Shown here in pieces: positions 50,295 to 63,594 of a stretch of DNA of 64,000 nt. Positions within the stretch are counted from its first letter, which is position 1; every line of letters begins with the position of its first letter. Both the position numbers and the translations under genes were made by a program. The stretch is from Mytilus edulis. Its lineage: Eukaryota. Location of the stretch: positions 7,874,001-7,938,000 of the forward strand of contig NC_092349.1 in NCBI RefSeq assembly GCF_963676685.1. The letters run 5' to 3'. The notes beneath the pieces were generated by a model, which did no database searches, had not been told where the DNA came from, and worked only from the letters and a program-made list of their open reading frames with translations.

Positions 50295-51628
50295 TATGTC
50301 GTGTACAAGTTGCGATTTTGTACAGGTTATAACATTACAAAAATATTGTACATGTTATAACTTGTATAATGCAAAAATACAAGTTATAACATGTACAAAA
50401 GTACCTCATACATGTTATAACCTGTACAAAATATTGCTTAAAATGGTTTTAACTTGTACAAAATATTGCTTAAAAATGGTTTTAACTTGTACAAAATTTA
50501 AAATAAATCTTAATGAAGTAAAAGATACATTTAAATTCACCAATGCATAAAGAACAACAATAAATAGGCCAGAACGTGTCTTTTTCTGTAGAGGACAATG
50601 CTCACAAAGTTTCGGAAATATATGTTTAATGACTTATGTTGGCAAAATGTGTTTTCATGTAATTGTATCTTTTATGCAGTCCGTCATGGCTTAAATAAGT
50701 GTGAAACTGTTTACTAAAAGCTTGCATTCCTCAATGACAATTACATTAGATACTAGTAACTAAATTCTTCAAAAAAAATTAAGAACGATTCCTAATAATT
50801 TTGGGAAATACTCCTCCCTCTTGTTTTTATAGCATGCAAAGACTAAAACAATATCTTACATACTTACTCTGTAAAAGCAAGAGAGAGCTGAAATAGTTTT
50901 CATTGGACCACGCTTCATTATCAATATCTTTTGATCTACTCTTCAACATTTTTGGCCTTCAGCATGACTTATGTAAATTTATAACTCAATTTTTGTTTAT
51001 AAACTATAAGATCATTGCATGAGGCGAATGTCGTTTTGATGTTTTAAATATATCCTCTTCTTTGAAAACATGTATTTGTGGCCTTTGAATGTTGTCTGCT
51101 CCATGGGCGGGTTGTTGTCTTTTAGACACATACCCCATTTCAATTCCCAATTTTATTTGTAGACACATCTATCCTGGCTATCCTCTTATGTCTTTTAGTG
51201 TCAACTAGAAAGAAAGTAGTTTACTATTGCCTTTAAAGTGGACACTTACAATTATAATTCATCAAATAAAGATATGTCCATAGATAGTCATTTAAGAGGA
51301 TCATAAGACATGTCCTAAGATATATATCTTATGACGGGTCTTAGGAATGCTTCGTAATACCGACCCCTGGACATTAACTGTATCAAAAAAGGACAAAACA
51401 CACTAACATGAAGGCATAATACAAAAGTTATGAAAATGTTATTGAGGTCAATATCATCTGCATGTTGCGATAAAAGAAGAAAATATCCTTATTTTTCGAT
51501 TTTGTACAAGTTAAAACTATTTTTAAGCAATATTTTGTACAAGTTAAAACCATTTTTAAGCAATATTTTGTACAGGTTATAACATGTATGAGGTACTTTT
51601 GTACATGTTATAACTTGTACACGACATA
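50295..51628. mobile_element. Non-autonomous DNA element with repetitive TIRs
   Basis: TA|tatgtcgtgtacaagtt ... aacttgtacacgacata|TA. About 130 bp of near-perfect inverted repeat is built from ttgtacaa motifs. A related left end lies at ~59633. Confidence 0.8.
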
Positions 51629-52099
51629 TACACTCTATAGAAAAAGCTCATACCAAAACAAAGAATAGCGAGAATACAATAATTGATCGCATGAATTGGT
51701 ACAATAAAGAAATTGCGAGATGTATAAATACTGAGCCACAATGAAGATTACCAAAAAATTGACTGAACGGTTAATGTTAAGATTATAAAAAGGCAAATGA
51801 AAAGAACATTTTGACACAAATTTACGATGATCAACAACGTAAGTACCTTGACTCAATATTTCAAGACCATCATATATCCTTTGTAAAGTTGATACTGTAT
51901 ACCTATCAATAAGGTCTAGGTATCTTACGATTTTCTTTTTTAAGGAAAATTACCTTCTGCTCAAACCCTTTCATAAAGTATGAGTAGCAAATGCAAGCTC
52001 ATGAATACCGAATGAGTTTGGAAATGTATAAACCATATATATATTTATATGTATGCAAAGCCAATATATGTCGCTGCTAAGGTGGAGGAATTTATTATT

Positions 52100-52405
52100 C
52101 AAGGAATGACTGTAATCTTTGTTTCTGTCTATGAGGAAATAACATCAGAAAGGTGGTGCACACTGAATAACCCGATTAGCAGGTTATTTTAAAGTGTGCA
52201 CCACTTTTTTATGTTATTTCGAATAGGCAGACAAAATATTACAGTCATTTCTTTTAATTTGATTCTAAGATTAATTTTAAAAACGGAGTAAACCATGAAA
52301 AAACGTTGATGACGGTCACGGTCACCTCCCGAAATTGTGTCTATGAGCTGATAAAATAACAACGTCATCCAGTCAGAAGACACGTTACATCCAAAATTGA
52401 ATTAT
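52100..52405. mobile_element. Non-autonomous Crypton-like hairpin element
   Basis: ~150-bp hairpin (aatgactgtaat...gtggtgcacact...agtgtgcaccac...attacagtcatt) plus a short degenerate inverted repeat. Same architecture as the element at 12455. Confidence 0.55.
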
Positions 52406-52619
52406 TTCCACATGAAAATCGTCTCGTTTGTTATAGATCCAGTTCCTGAGGTGTATTAGTATAAAAATAAGGCAAATGAAGTCGCATCTGATTTTCTTTT
52501 AATTTTTAATTCTGGAGGATATATTTATGTAACCAAATAGGAAAAGTTCGAACTATTAATGGAAAAATCATTATTGTTTCTGAATGTGAAAAGAAATGGC
52601 CTTGCTCCTTTCATCTTTG

Positions 52620-53420
52620 AGTGTCTGAGTAAACGTCGACTTATATGAAAATAAGAAGATGTCGGCAGGGAGAGTAGCACAGTTTGTTCTCATAAGAATT
52701 CCGACAATTTGTTTGAAAGAGTCGACCCCCAAATTCAACAAACATGTCAGTATGAAACACCAGCATTCTGATCATTTGTTCATAGGATAGTATCTTTCAT
52801 CATCTTTTTTTTCAATTAAAGACTCTGTTAAATATGTAATCATTTATAAGCGTTATAAAACACGATTTTTTTTATAAAAGACATAAAAAAATATATTTAA
52901 TGAAAAATATATATAAAGAAACATAAATGCATAAGCAATGTCAGCAAAATTAAGAAAAGACTGATAAATACAAGTGTAACACACCAGCCAACTAAACAAT
53001 TAAAGTTTCAGTTGATCCTTTAGCTTTTATTCTCTGACCTTCATTATCATTTTCTTGGTGTAAATCAAAGTATGCGACAGAAAAACAGTATATTCATGTA
53101 CAGCAAGTTCTATGGAAAGTATGTTGTCAAAACAGTCATCGAACTTTGTATTGTTAAATGAGATAACATCAGCTATACAGCACAACATACAGTTAAATAC
53201 TTGCCACTTTGCATTCTTTCCCAGAATCTATTGAGTGAAGTCTGTCCCTAATGAACAAAGAAAATGTCGGAAAGAAGAGGAGCACGTAAGTTCACAAGCT
53301 TTTTTGGTGAAATACAGGTTGTCTCATCTATGATGTTTTTTTACTGGAAGATATTGAAAATTCATTATCCAAGTTTTTAATATAAAAGAGAAAAATCATT
53401 TTCTTTTTATTCAGTTCATG
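52620..53420 (-). pseudogene. Degenerate PLE-like RT fragments
   Basis: Minus strand VGILMRTNCATLPADIFLFSY (~52706-52640) and a second APLLSDIFFV-like piece at ~53285-53250. Confidence 0.6.
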
Positions 53421-53686
53421 GTCAAGCATAATGATAGCTGTACGATGAAACAATTCACTAATAGGTATTGATGCGAATCGATGGAGTAAAAATTTGATCT
53501 TTCTTCTTAAATGGGAACAATGGGCAAAAAAGTATTATGCAATATAAGTACTAGATTGTACATTTTACAATAGAGACAAAAGAGAAATATACAAAATGAA
53601 AATAAGCAAAAAAACAAACATTTTCAAAAAATAAGACAAGCCATTGAGTATAGAAATAAACTCATCAGGGTTAAGATTTTGTACTA

Positions 53687-53730
53687 ACGACAGACGCGCG
53701 TTTCGTCTACAAAAGACTCATCTGTGACGC
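53687..53730 (-). ncRNA. Hammerhead ribozyme motif with core mutation (downstream member of a tandem pair)
   Basis: GCGUCA-CAGAUGA-GUCU uuugu AGAC-GAAAC-GCGC-GUC-UGUCGU, with a U4>A change in the core. Confidence 0.8.
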
Positions 53731-53996
53731 TCGAGTCCAAAAAAGTTAAAGTTTTGCCAAATACAGCTAAGGTAATCAAATACAGATGTAGAAAAGCCTA
53801 AGTATTTAAAAAATTCAAAAGTTTTTTATACAGTTAATTTATAAATATGAACATATCAATTATAATATAGTCAGCACAGAAGTGCTGGCTACTGCGCTGG
53901 TGATACCCTCGGGGAATTAAAACTCCACCACCAGTGGCATCGACCGAGTGGTTATAAATAAACTCATCATAGATACAAGGCTTAAATTTTGTACTA

Positions 53997-54040
53997 ACGT
54001 CAGACGCGCGTTTCGTCTACAAAAGACTCATCAGTGAAGC
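53997..54040 (-). ncRNA. Type I hammerhead ribozyme (upstream member of a tandem pair)
   Basis: GCUUCA-CUGAUGA-GUCU uuugu AGAC-GAAAC-GCGC-GUC^UGACGU. The core is intact with one stem I mismatch. Confidence 0.87.
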
Positions 54041-54409
54041 TAAGCTTGTCAATGCTTAGCCTTAACAAAAGAAACACGGCTTGCCTGTTTGTACCTTAAA
54101 AGCAAATCTAACCATAATTTATAATTATAATGAATGCATTAATGAACTCTAACTGATGAAGAACATTTATTCTACATTTAAACGAGATCAACTAACGCTA
54201 AAACTATAGAATATGAAATAGCATTGTCTAACCATTAGTGTTTTCGAAAATACTAACTTAATCGCATAGTTTAGAACTAAATTAATTCAAAAGTCATTGA
54301 ACCATAACCGAACACGCAGAGAAAAATATCGACATGAAACAAGCCTCCACCCATTACTACTAATTGATTACAGGTAATTCATTAATGAAATATAATAAAT
54401 TTGTTATAC

Positions 54410-54510
54410 AAGTTTAGATGAATTTTTACTTTCTATTCAAGTTATATTATGCCATTAAGAACTTGAAATATGGTAAAGCCTCTGGTACTGACGGGATACT
54501 GAATGAGGGC
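54410..54510 (+). pseudogene. Short LINE RT N-terminal fragment
   Basis: KNLKYGKASGTDGILNE at ~54458-54508. Confidence 0.5.
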
Positions 54511-54759
54511 TTTTGTGAATAAAAAAGTATATCCATCGAATATTGAGTGATCAGTGTATTACCTCATGGTTTAGCAATATAGAAAATTTTATAGGACATT
54601 TAAAAAGGACTTTATAGCTTGCTGTTCGGTGTGAGCCAAAGCTCCGTGTTAAAAACCGTACCTTGACCAATAATTGTTTACTTTTATAAATTATTAATTC
54701 AATTGTTATATCAAATCGATCAGTGAAAACGAACAAATTCATCAAAAAGATATATCATA

Positions 54760-56430
54760 TATGATGAAAATAGCATTGCAGGAATTAGCCACTTTCTGAA
54801 AGACGTTCGGAGAGATTATTGTTCAGCCAGAAAAGAAGAAAAATACAATCTCAGATAGTTGTACCTCCGTCAACTAAACATTTCGATAATGTTAGTCTAA
54901 AGTTAAAGCTAACAATACACACAAAGCTGTCACAAGTCAAAGGATGTTTTCTTCCCTGATGGTAGAATGGTGTTCACAACTTGTTATGGCAACCAAGTAA
55001 GCGTTATTAAACCGGACGGTTCAGGTGATTTCGACTTGAAAAATATTGGAATAGTTTGGGACGTGTTTATGTTGAAGATAATTCTGTAGCTGTAACGTCA
55101 AGTGTGACTTCAGATTTAAATCAGATCATTATGATAGATGTTTAAAACAGAAAAACGTAGAAAACTTTAAAAGTAAATTCCGCCAATTACGGAGTAACAT
55201 TCAAAGATGTAAAGTTGACTTATTGTGGCAAATATCAGGGACTAGAGTCTTGACAACGGATCTAGAATCATTATTAGAACTAGTACAAGGTCAGAACACG
55301 CCTCTGAGGTAATCACGATGACAAGCTGTTTTACAAAAACATTTTCAATGACGATGTTATATATGGTGATTTCCATGGTAAGACACTATGTGTGCTATAA
55401 ACAGTTTCGTACATGTTTTGAGGGGAGACAACACTGTAAACAGTCTGTTTTTTTAGCAGTGAAAATTTCAAACTTATTTGCAGCAACTGTAGCTCTTTTC
55501 GGAGCAGGCAAACGTACCCTGAATTTTTTGAAAGACCAGGTAAAAATCTATGAAATTCATTCAATTTTGATTATGAAAAATGTGCAGGTGTCATGTCTTC
55601 AGGAGTGTGCACATGACCTGATTTCAGGTTTTTTACGCTTAAATTAGGCAATGTTTTCCCAGTTTCTCTGGATAAAATTTACTAATGATTTTCTTACCCC
55701 AGGAGTAGATTACCTTAGCCGTTTTTGGCACAATTTTTTAGAATTTTGGATCCTCAATGCTCTTCAACTTTGTACTGATTTGGCTTTTTAACTATTTTGA
55801 TCTGAGCGTCACTGATGAGTCTTATGTAGACGAAACGCGCGTCTGGCGTATAAAATTATAATCCTGGTACTTTTGATAACTATTTTATGCTATCAAAAGT
55901 ACACTTTTTTTATTCCATTATAAACTAGAGAACATTCTGATTCCAATGATATCTAGTTTTATACATGTATCTTTATTAATCAGTCCACCACTAAGGGTCA
56001 CTTACATATGGTCCCTCAAAATATGACGTCATAGAAAAAAACTGTTGATTGCACCCTATACGGACATTCAAAAAAGCAGTGTTCTGACCTATCCTATATA
56101 TGCCGATAATTATGGGAATGTATATGTAGCCGGCACACAATGTGGTCGTCATATCTACAGATGATCAACGCCATAGACAACTTTAATCCCAGAAAGATGG
56201 ACTGTATCGTCCAATAGCTGTGGTGTACGACCAATCGAACAAGAAACCTTTAGTTGCCAATATGACGGGAACCGTTGTTAATTTCTGTGTCATTTTGGTC
56301 TCTTGTGGAAAGTTGTCTCATTGGCAATCATGCCACATCTTCTTTTTTATATTAATTCATCAGATGGATACAAATAGAAGTTCATCTTTATAAAATTCAA
56401 CTTACGGTTGTCGTGTATGGTGTTGTATGA
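54760..56430 (+). pseudogene. Third TRIM-like C-terminal fragment, heavily decayed and interrupted (~55388-56060 and ~56275-56355)
   Basis: Nucleotide similarity to 11450-12340 and 48830-49607 (cttccctgatggtagaatggtgttc; ggtaagacactatg|gacattc; catagacaactt...aagatggact). Confidence 0.75.
55806..55849 (+). ncRNA. Intact minimal type I hammerhead ribozyme in a retrozyme-type repeat (~55695-55883)
   Basis: Stem I GCGUCA(55806-11)/UGGCGU(55844-49), CUGAUGA at 55812-18, stem II GUCU/AGAC, GAAA at 55832-35, a 2-bp stem III with palindromic ACGCGCGU, and GUC cleavage after 55843. Confidence 0.92.
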
Positions 56431-57179
56431 TAAAAGTTAAAATCAGTCTTGAATTTTGATGCTATTTACTTATACACCAAATTGCACCAAGTACTCAAAA
56501 TGCACCTATTTATATAGCTAAGATAGAAGCGGAAATCTTACTTACTTTTTTATGATTTGACACGTCTCTCATCTTAGATAAGTATATCGTAATATATACA
56601 AAACGTTCATAGTATATATCAACAGATGGAGAATTCACTTAAAAAAAGTAAAATGTACGAAACGTCGCCAACGTCCACAAAAAGTCATCTTTGAAAAATT
56701 AGCAAATAAGATATGTTACAAGCATTCATGTCTTTCACAAATCACACTAGAAAAAAAACTAAAGACTTAACAAGACAAAATCAATCAAAAACCGACAGAA
56801 ATCGAAGGTGCTCAGTAAAGAAAATCAGATCATGTTCCAAATATATCTCGTGTTGCAAATGTAAGTATATATCCAGTGATACATTTTTGAATTTCTACTT
56901 CCGTAGGTCTTTTTTTCTGGGGAAAGGGAGTATAATAATGTTAACATATCTATCGTAATCTATGAAACAGGTATTCAATAACGGAAAACAAAATCGTGGT
57001 CTCGTCCATAAAATTTAGGAAATGATGATTTTAACTTCACCACCCACTAGGAACTTTAGTTAAACATATTTATAATCATGATAAGAAATTAACCTGTGGA
57101 AAAATAGACATGAATTTATATCTAACAGTCAAACAAACAAATGAAATCCCCAAAAAATATCAAAAATAAAACAATGATG

Positions 57180-57705
57180 ATTTAAGTATTTCGGACGCTT
57201 TGATTCTCCTACCTTTATTATTAATGTCTTTAAGTAAATCAATATGCGACAAACAAACTATAGGTTCAAGTCTGTCTTAAGTTCTATAGAATTCGTGCTG
57301 TCCACCTTATTATCGAACTTCGAATCATTAAGTGAGAGAACATCATCTAAATGGCGGAGCATAAAGTGACATGAAATTGCTATTTTCTTCTCATTCTTTC
57401 TGAAAAGCTTCTGTTTGAAGTCTGTCTCTTATGAATGAAGGGAAAAGTCGACAAGGAGTGGATCACAGTTGGTTGACAATCTCGTTGAATCTTTTTTGGG
57501 AAATACAAGTTATCTCATCTATGAATTTCATTCAGTAGAGGGAATTAAACATTCATTACTCAAATGTGCTAATATAAAAGAAATACATATCATTTATGAC
57601 ATAACAGCGTTGTTGCTATCTGCACAGATAACCGACCCATAGACAACTATTATCGAGTATCCATCAGCTGTGGAGTACGACTGATCGAACAATTAAAAAC
57701 ATTAA
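57180..57705. pseudogene. PLE-like RT relic (-) followed by a fourth, very short TRIM-like fragment (+, ~57600-57705)
   Basis: 57490-57595 resembles 53300-53402. catagacaactattatcgagtatccatcagctgtggagtacga matches the TRIM-like 3' ends. Confidence 0.65.
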
Positions 57706-58901
57706 GTAGTTAAGAAGGCACATAATAATATGTATTGTGTTAAATGCAAACGAGTATCTATTGTCGTTGTTCTTTTTATTCCCAATTATTCAACTCAATG
57801 TGTGTAATTCGATGTTCAAACAAACTTATGTCGCATTTCTAAACATTAGATATGTCTGAAAAATCAATTCACTAACACTATTTATAGATATAAGAAGATG
57901 TTGTATGAGATTCAATGAGACAACTAGTTTAGGTCAAATTATGGTCTTCAACAAGGAGTATATTCTCATACCAAACAGCAAGCTATAAAAGGTCCCAAAA
58001 ATGACTAATGTAAACGGGAAAGTACTGAATGACATACCAACGACATTTTATTCAAAATTATTTCTTTAAAAAAAATCAAGATCCATTCCATTTATTTTAC
58101 AATAATAATATTGAAACATTATTATGTTCCGCCAGCTTATTAATTTTGATCTTGGAATAAGGAATTTAAAATCATATATGGTTTTACTTTCTATTTTACC
58201 AGAATGTGGTCACATGCAATACTATTGGTACTGAAGATCTGAAGTTCAAAAACATATGGTTTTTTTCTTAAACTTTCAGTAACAAGGTTCTCATATTAGA
58301 AGCATATATGTCAAACACCATATGTCGCTTATAACATTGTAAATGTCATAATGTTTTTGATTACTTTTCAACCTCAAACACTCGTCACTTTGACGGTATG
58401 TTTCACATTATAATCATTATTTCAATAGTAATCAAACAAAGACCAAAATTGTAAAAGAAAATTAATCAAAAAATATACAATACTACTAGAAAGAAATACA
58501 AAAACAGTCACATTACCACGCATAAAACAATTAAAGATTCTGTAGCAGGAACAGTTCCGAATTAAACAAGGTGATCTAGGTTGTCTGAATAAACTAGTAG
58601 TTCCTGCTTAAGTATCAACGTCAATCTTTCTAATCCAATCTTTGATCAAATAAAATCACACAGCGGAAGAAAGAAACTACAATGCAGATCATTATTTGAA
58701 AAACGTAGACATAATTTAAGTTATAGTCTTACCTTATAATTATCTAATTCACATTGCTGTTTTTGTAAAAGGCTTGTTGTGGACTTATTTGTTAGTCTTC
58801 TGTATATGTATATAAATATCACAAAAAACGCGACGCAAATTAAGCTTTTTAAAAAAATGCATACAGAAGAAATAAAGAAATTGAATGAAGTTAAAAATTT
58901 A

Positions 58902-59130
58902 GAGACGACATCAAAATTTCAATGTAGGATAAAAAAAAACTCGATTCACATATTTTTTTCACTGAACACCCCCCCCCCCCCCCTTTTCCCTCTCTTAACT
59001 TAATTTCCAATAGGGATATATGTAAAAATCGATTTTAGATTTACAAAACTTGTAGAATTTTAACCCCCCACCCCCAAACTATTTGATTTAAGTTTTTTTT
59101 TATCCTACATCGATCTTTTGATGTCGTCCC
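58902..59130. mobile_element. 229-bp Harbinger-like MITE with internal poly-C
   Basis: TTA|gagacgacatcaaaatttcaatgtaggataaaaaaa ... tttttttatcctacatcgatcttttgatgtcgtccc|TTA. Confidence 0.75.
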
Positions 59131-62100
59131 TTATGATTCCTTGTAAAGGAACGTTTTCACATATTGTTTCTTTTACTATTAATTATATAATTATAGAACT
59201 TATCCTTTAATTTTCCTATGCTTGTAAGATATAAAGGTATATACCATAATCATGTCAATTGAACATTGTATGTTTTGTATTGTTATCTTTATAATAAGGT
59301 TTTTTGTAACATTTATTTTATATATTGATATGTGCTTTTTATACAGTGGAAAATCTAGTGACAAAATATTACCTCCCCTGTAAATACTGAAAACTAGATC
59401 TGTTCAATGTTTGTCTCATTTTAGCAAGGACGCTATCAATTATGAATTCAAGGGAAAATGTTCTGGTAAATAGTAAAAATAGAAATAAACTGACATAAAA
59501 ACAGAACTTCCACTCAATGTTATCATTTTCCTCCTTAAATTTCAAACGACGATTACAGCAGGCTATAGATGGGGTAAAAAAAAATTGTTTACTCTCTGTA
59601 TACTTCTCTGGAATATGCTAATTATTCGTATATATATGTTGTGTACAAGTTGAACAAAAAATTTGTACAAATTATAATTTGTATTTTGTCTTTGTTCAAA
59701 TTGTAATTTGTACAAAAAGTGCCTGTACAAATTATAATTTGTATAATATTTGACGAATATTCACTTATAACTTGTACAATATTATATAATATGTATTTTG
59801 GTGGAAAAAAACATTGATACACACTACAGAATTGCAATTAATGACCACACAATTCACCTTATTTATCAAATACAAAAATATTTCTTTATCATTTGCTTGA
59901 GATGGCATCGAAAATTGCACAACATCTTTTGACCTTCACATTTTACATTTAAAAGTACTATACACGTCTATGCATTTACATGAAAGAAAACCTGTTTTTT
60001 AAAAGGCTGTTTAACTGCTTCACATTGCGAAAGTTTAGCCCAAGAACCTGTTGCTGTGAATAAACATTTGTCTTTCAGAGCTTAAATTTAAATCTAAGAC
60101 ATGAATATCCTGTTAACATTTATACAGCTTTTCCGATTTCGTCACCAAATCTCCAGATTCACCAATTACGCCTTAGATGTATCGAGGATAGGTTTGGACA
60201 CGATCATACTGAGAATATGTATAATGTCATAAACCCTAAACAACAAGTTATGATAGTTACTGGTTGTTTTCGTGGTAAGCTATTAGTCTTGGATCTGTTG
60301 TCCACACATTGCAGTTTCAATAGCATTGTCTTACCCAATTGAACTGACGTTACGCGCGATCTTCGTACATACAAGTGTAACACGACGTCGCGACTTTTTC
60401 AGTAAACAAGCTTATCTTTTAAAAAAGTTAAACTTTACTAACGTTTATGTTATTTACAAATGATTAATGCGTGTTTGTTTAATTGTTTGTGATCAATACA
60501 TTCCATTTTATTGGTGTGTACATGGACCAATAACTAAATAAGTCTTTTAATTCCTTCACTGTTTATTAGCGTTTCGGTATAACAAAAACGATATCAAGAA
60601 TCTGGAGCTTGGTTGATAAATGTATCTTTATTTGTTGGAACGTATTGCTTTGTATCGCATTTATATTTTCAATCTCTATTTCACCTTTGAAAACAATGAC
60701 ATTCCTAAGGATATGTATTAGAAACTATAAGTCTATGTTAATCTTGATGGTTTTTTTTATGTCTGTATTGATCATAAATCATATTTTGTCATAGCAACAT
60801 TTATTGCATATATAATTTATCTTGAAGTTCCATTTTTTCTAATACGAGAGTCCAAACGGACGGCTGCGGGACGTAGGTAAAAATCGGAAATTAACTCTTA
60901 ACTGGAGACTAACTGCTGTGATAGCATAATAACGACTATTTCGTATCTTTTCAAATGTCTATGAAGGATTTTTTCTGTAAAAGAAACGCCCCGCGAAATC
61001 GTCATCTTCAATTTTTCTGACAGTTTCAGGGCAAGTAAATGCGCAAAATAAATAGTACTTTGCATTTTCTTCATCTGTTTATAGGGCAGTAGAGTTCTCT
61101 CTGCAATTAAGTCAGTCATTGCATATTTAGTGTCAGTTTTGTCGTCTGCATCAGTATGTTTTTCATCAGGTCAAATATCAATATATAAAGGCACGACCTC
61201 ATTGCTACCATGCAATTGAGTTTTTAACTAGTATACGTGTCATAATTCTCAATTATACATTCGTCGCATGAATAACATAAAATATTTATTAACTTGTCCG
61301 GTTGTGAGTAAAAACTTAATGTGAAGTTTGTATCCACTAGGAGGTTAAAAAATTTGAACCGAATCAAGATTTGTTGTGTCTACAAACCTGAATATCCGCT
61401 TCCTTCAATAATGAGACTTTGTGTCGTTTAGGTTAAGATATGCCAGGGTTTCGGTCAAACAATATATTTTAAATACAAAATGCAACGGCATGTGGTAGAA
61501 TATAAAAAAGTCGTATATTTTAACCGTTTTCAAAATCTTTTGAATAATCAGGAAAATGATTTGTAACGTCTACGTCAAAATTGAGTCTGAAACGTCGTTT
61601 TTACGCAAGTGCGACATTCTAGTAAGACTCCGAAAAAATGGACGGTGATTTTGAATTAATAATAGGAAATTGATGTATTTTAGATTTTTGGAAAATTGAG
61701 AATGATAAAATTTCGAAAATTCATTTCAATTCGATTTTATCAGAGGACGGGTTAGTAAAAAATTGCCGTAAATTTGAGTTTAGTTCGTTTTTATGCCAAA
61801 AAATGGAAGTGCGACAACATTGTAAGCCTTTGAAAAATCGCCCATAAATCATCATTTTATATTTTTTAGAATATTTGTCTAAAAAAAATTTTAATTAAGC
61901 AAAATAACATTGACGTAGAAATAAAAATTCTAACTTTTTTCAATTCTTTATTATTTTTTTTGAACTCTGAAAACTGTAATCCCCCTAAAAATTCCCAGTG
62001 GGACAGAAATGTCTTAGTTGTATGGAACGCATTTTTTCCTATGGAATTTTAATAAAATCATAAAATATTACGTAAATGACTGAAGAAACATGTCTGTAAG

Positions 62101-62183
62101 ACAATGGAAAAATCCGTTTTTTTAGATATTTAATGGTTAAGATACAAATCATGGTTCCGTTGTAACAATAAACGAAACATGTA

Positions 62184-62848
62184 AGGTAGCAATACACAGT
62201 TAGGAGTTTAGTTTCGCATTTTGGCCCCTGTGGATTTTTCAAATAGGAAAGTTATTGTGTAATAAAATTCATTTTTAGACAGATGAGTGCTAATTTAGCC
62301 TTCAAAGATGGTTTATAAGTGCATCAAGATTATTTTTTACATGTTTTATGGGCTGTTTTCTGTTTGACAATCCGTATTTTCATAGCTAGACCGGCCATCG
62401 GTCCAGAAATTAATGTACTGTTTACAAACACTCTTTTTCTACGCGAAGTTTTTGACGCAATTTTACAAAAAAATGAGACGAAAGACATATGATTTTCATT
62501 GGATTTGCTGAATGATATATGTACACAGTTTCAGAAAAGGTATTAATTCAAGCGATTGAAATTCTACTTTTAGCCAAATTTTGGGGGGAAATGTGACATC
62601 TTTACCCCCCTTTTTGCAATATTTAATAACAAATAAATGCAGATTGTTGCCATGGATACACCAAAAAGAAATTATATTTTACCATTTTATATACTGGATA
62701 TAAAATCTATGGAAGATTCTGATTACATACATATGCCCATATATGACACAAACAGTAAGCTTGATATTGCAAGAAAGCAATGAAAAGGGGATGGTAAAAT
62801 TCATAAGGGCAAATTTTAGTATTTTTTCCTAACTGTTTATTGCTACCT
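62184..62848. mobile_element. 665-bp young MITE, copy 1
   Basis: TA|aggtagcaatacacagttagga ... tcctaactgtttattgctacct|TA. Confidence 0.88.
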
Positions 62849-63594
62849 TATGGCATACTTACCAAGCTCAGAATTGTATAATTAAAGACTTTTCATGCCA
62901 CAAATCTATTGATATTTAGATTCTAAATCAACTTCTGAGTAAATTAAGTGTTTAAGAATGACAATATATGTCAATTTTATTGTTTACAGTCCTTAGCAAC
63001 CAAAATTAGACATTTTGACACAAGGCTTATATTTGTACTCTATCGGCTTAACTCTTGCTTTTGATGGATTGGGCTGCATGTAGTAGCCTAAGTATTGAAC
63101 GCGTTGTTTTTTTTCTTGCGAATATATCAAATTATTGTTTTTATCAAGATTTCATGTTACATTTTGGCATATATTAAATGTAAAGTTAAATCAAATGTAA
63201 GAAATTGATTCCCTATCACCAAGTTTTTTAATCAAGTCTTTGGTATGCAATAAGCATAAAGATTAACATGTTTATGCTTGAACTTGCTAAATTTTATACA
63301 ATGTTGCATCATCAGAGATCTTATTAAGATATTCAACATTAAAAAACTGACAAAAGAGGTACAGTTTTTAAGATTTGGCTAAAAATTGAGGTAGAGACAA
63401 GATTTTACACTTTGACTTGGCACCTTTCTTTAAAATCAGTTTTTGTCGCGTTTCAGTGTCAACTGCTAACCTTCAGAAAATATTCATTACTCAACCAATT
63501 TTCAAAAATAAAAGGCCATTTTACTCGTATTAGCTAGTAGAACTCAGAAAATAATTTGGAAGGGAGAATTTGAAAAAAATATTTACTATTATTA

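Noticed and set aside
60890-63590. Large piggyBac/Kolobok-like host element around the twin MITEs
   Set aside because: It looks repeat-like and starts near a TTAA, but no paired terminus or transposase was found in the window.
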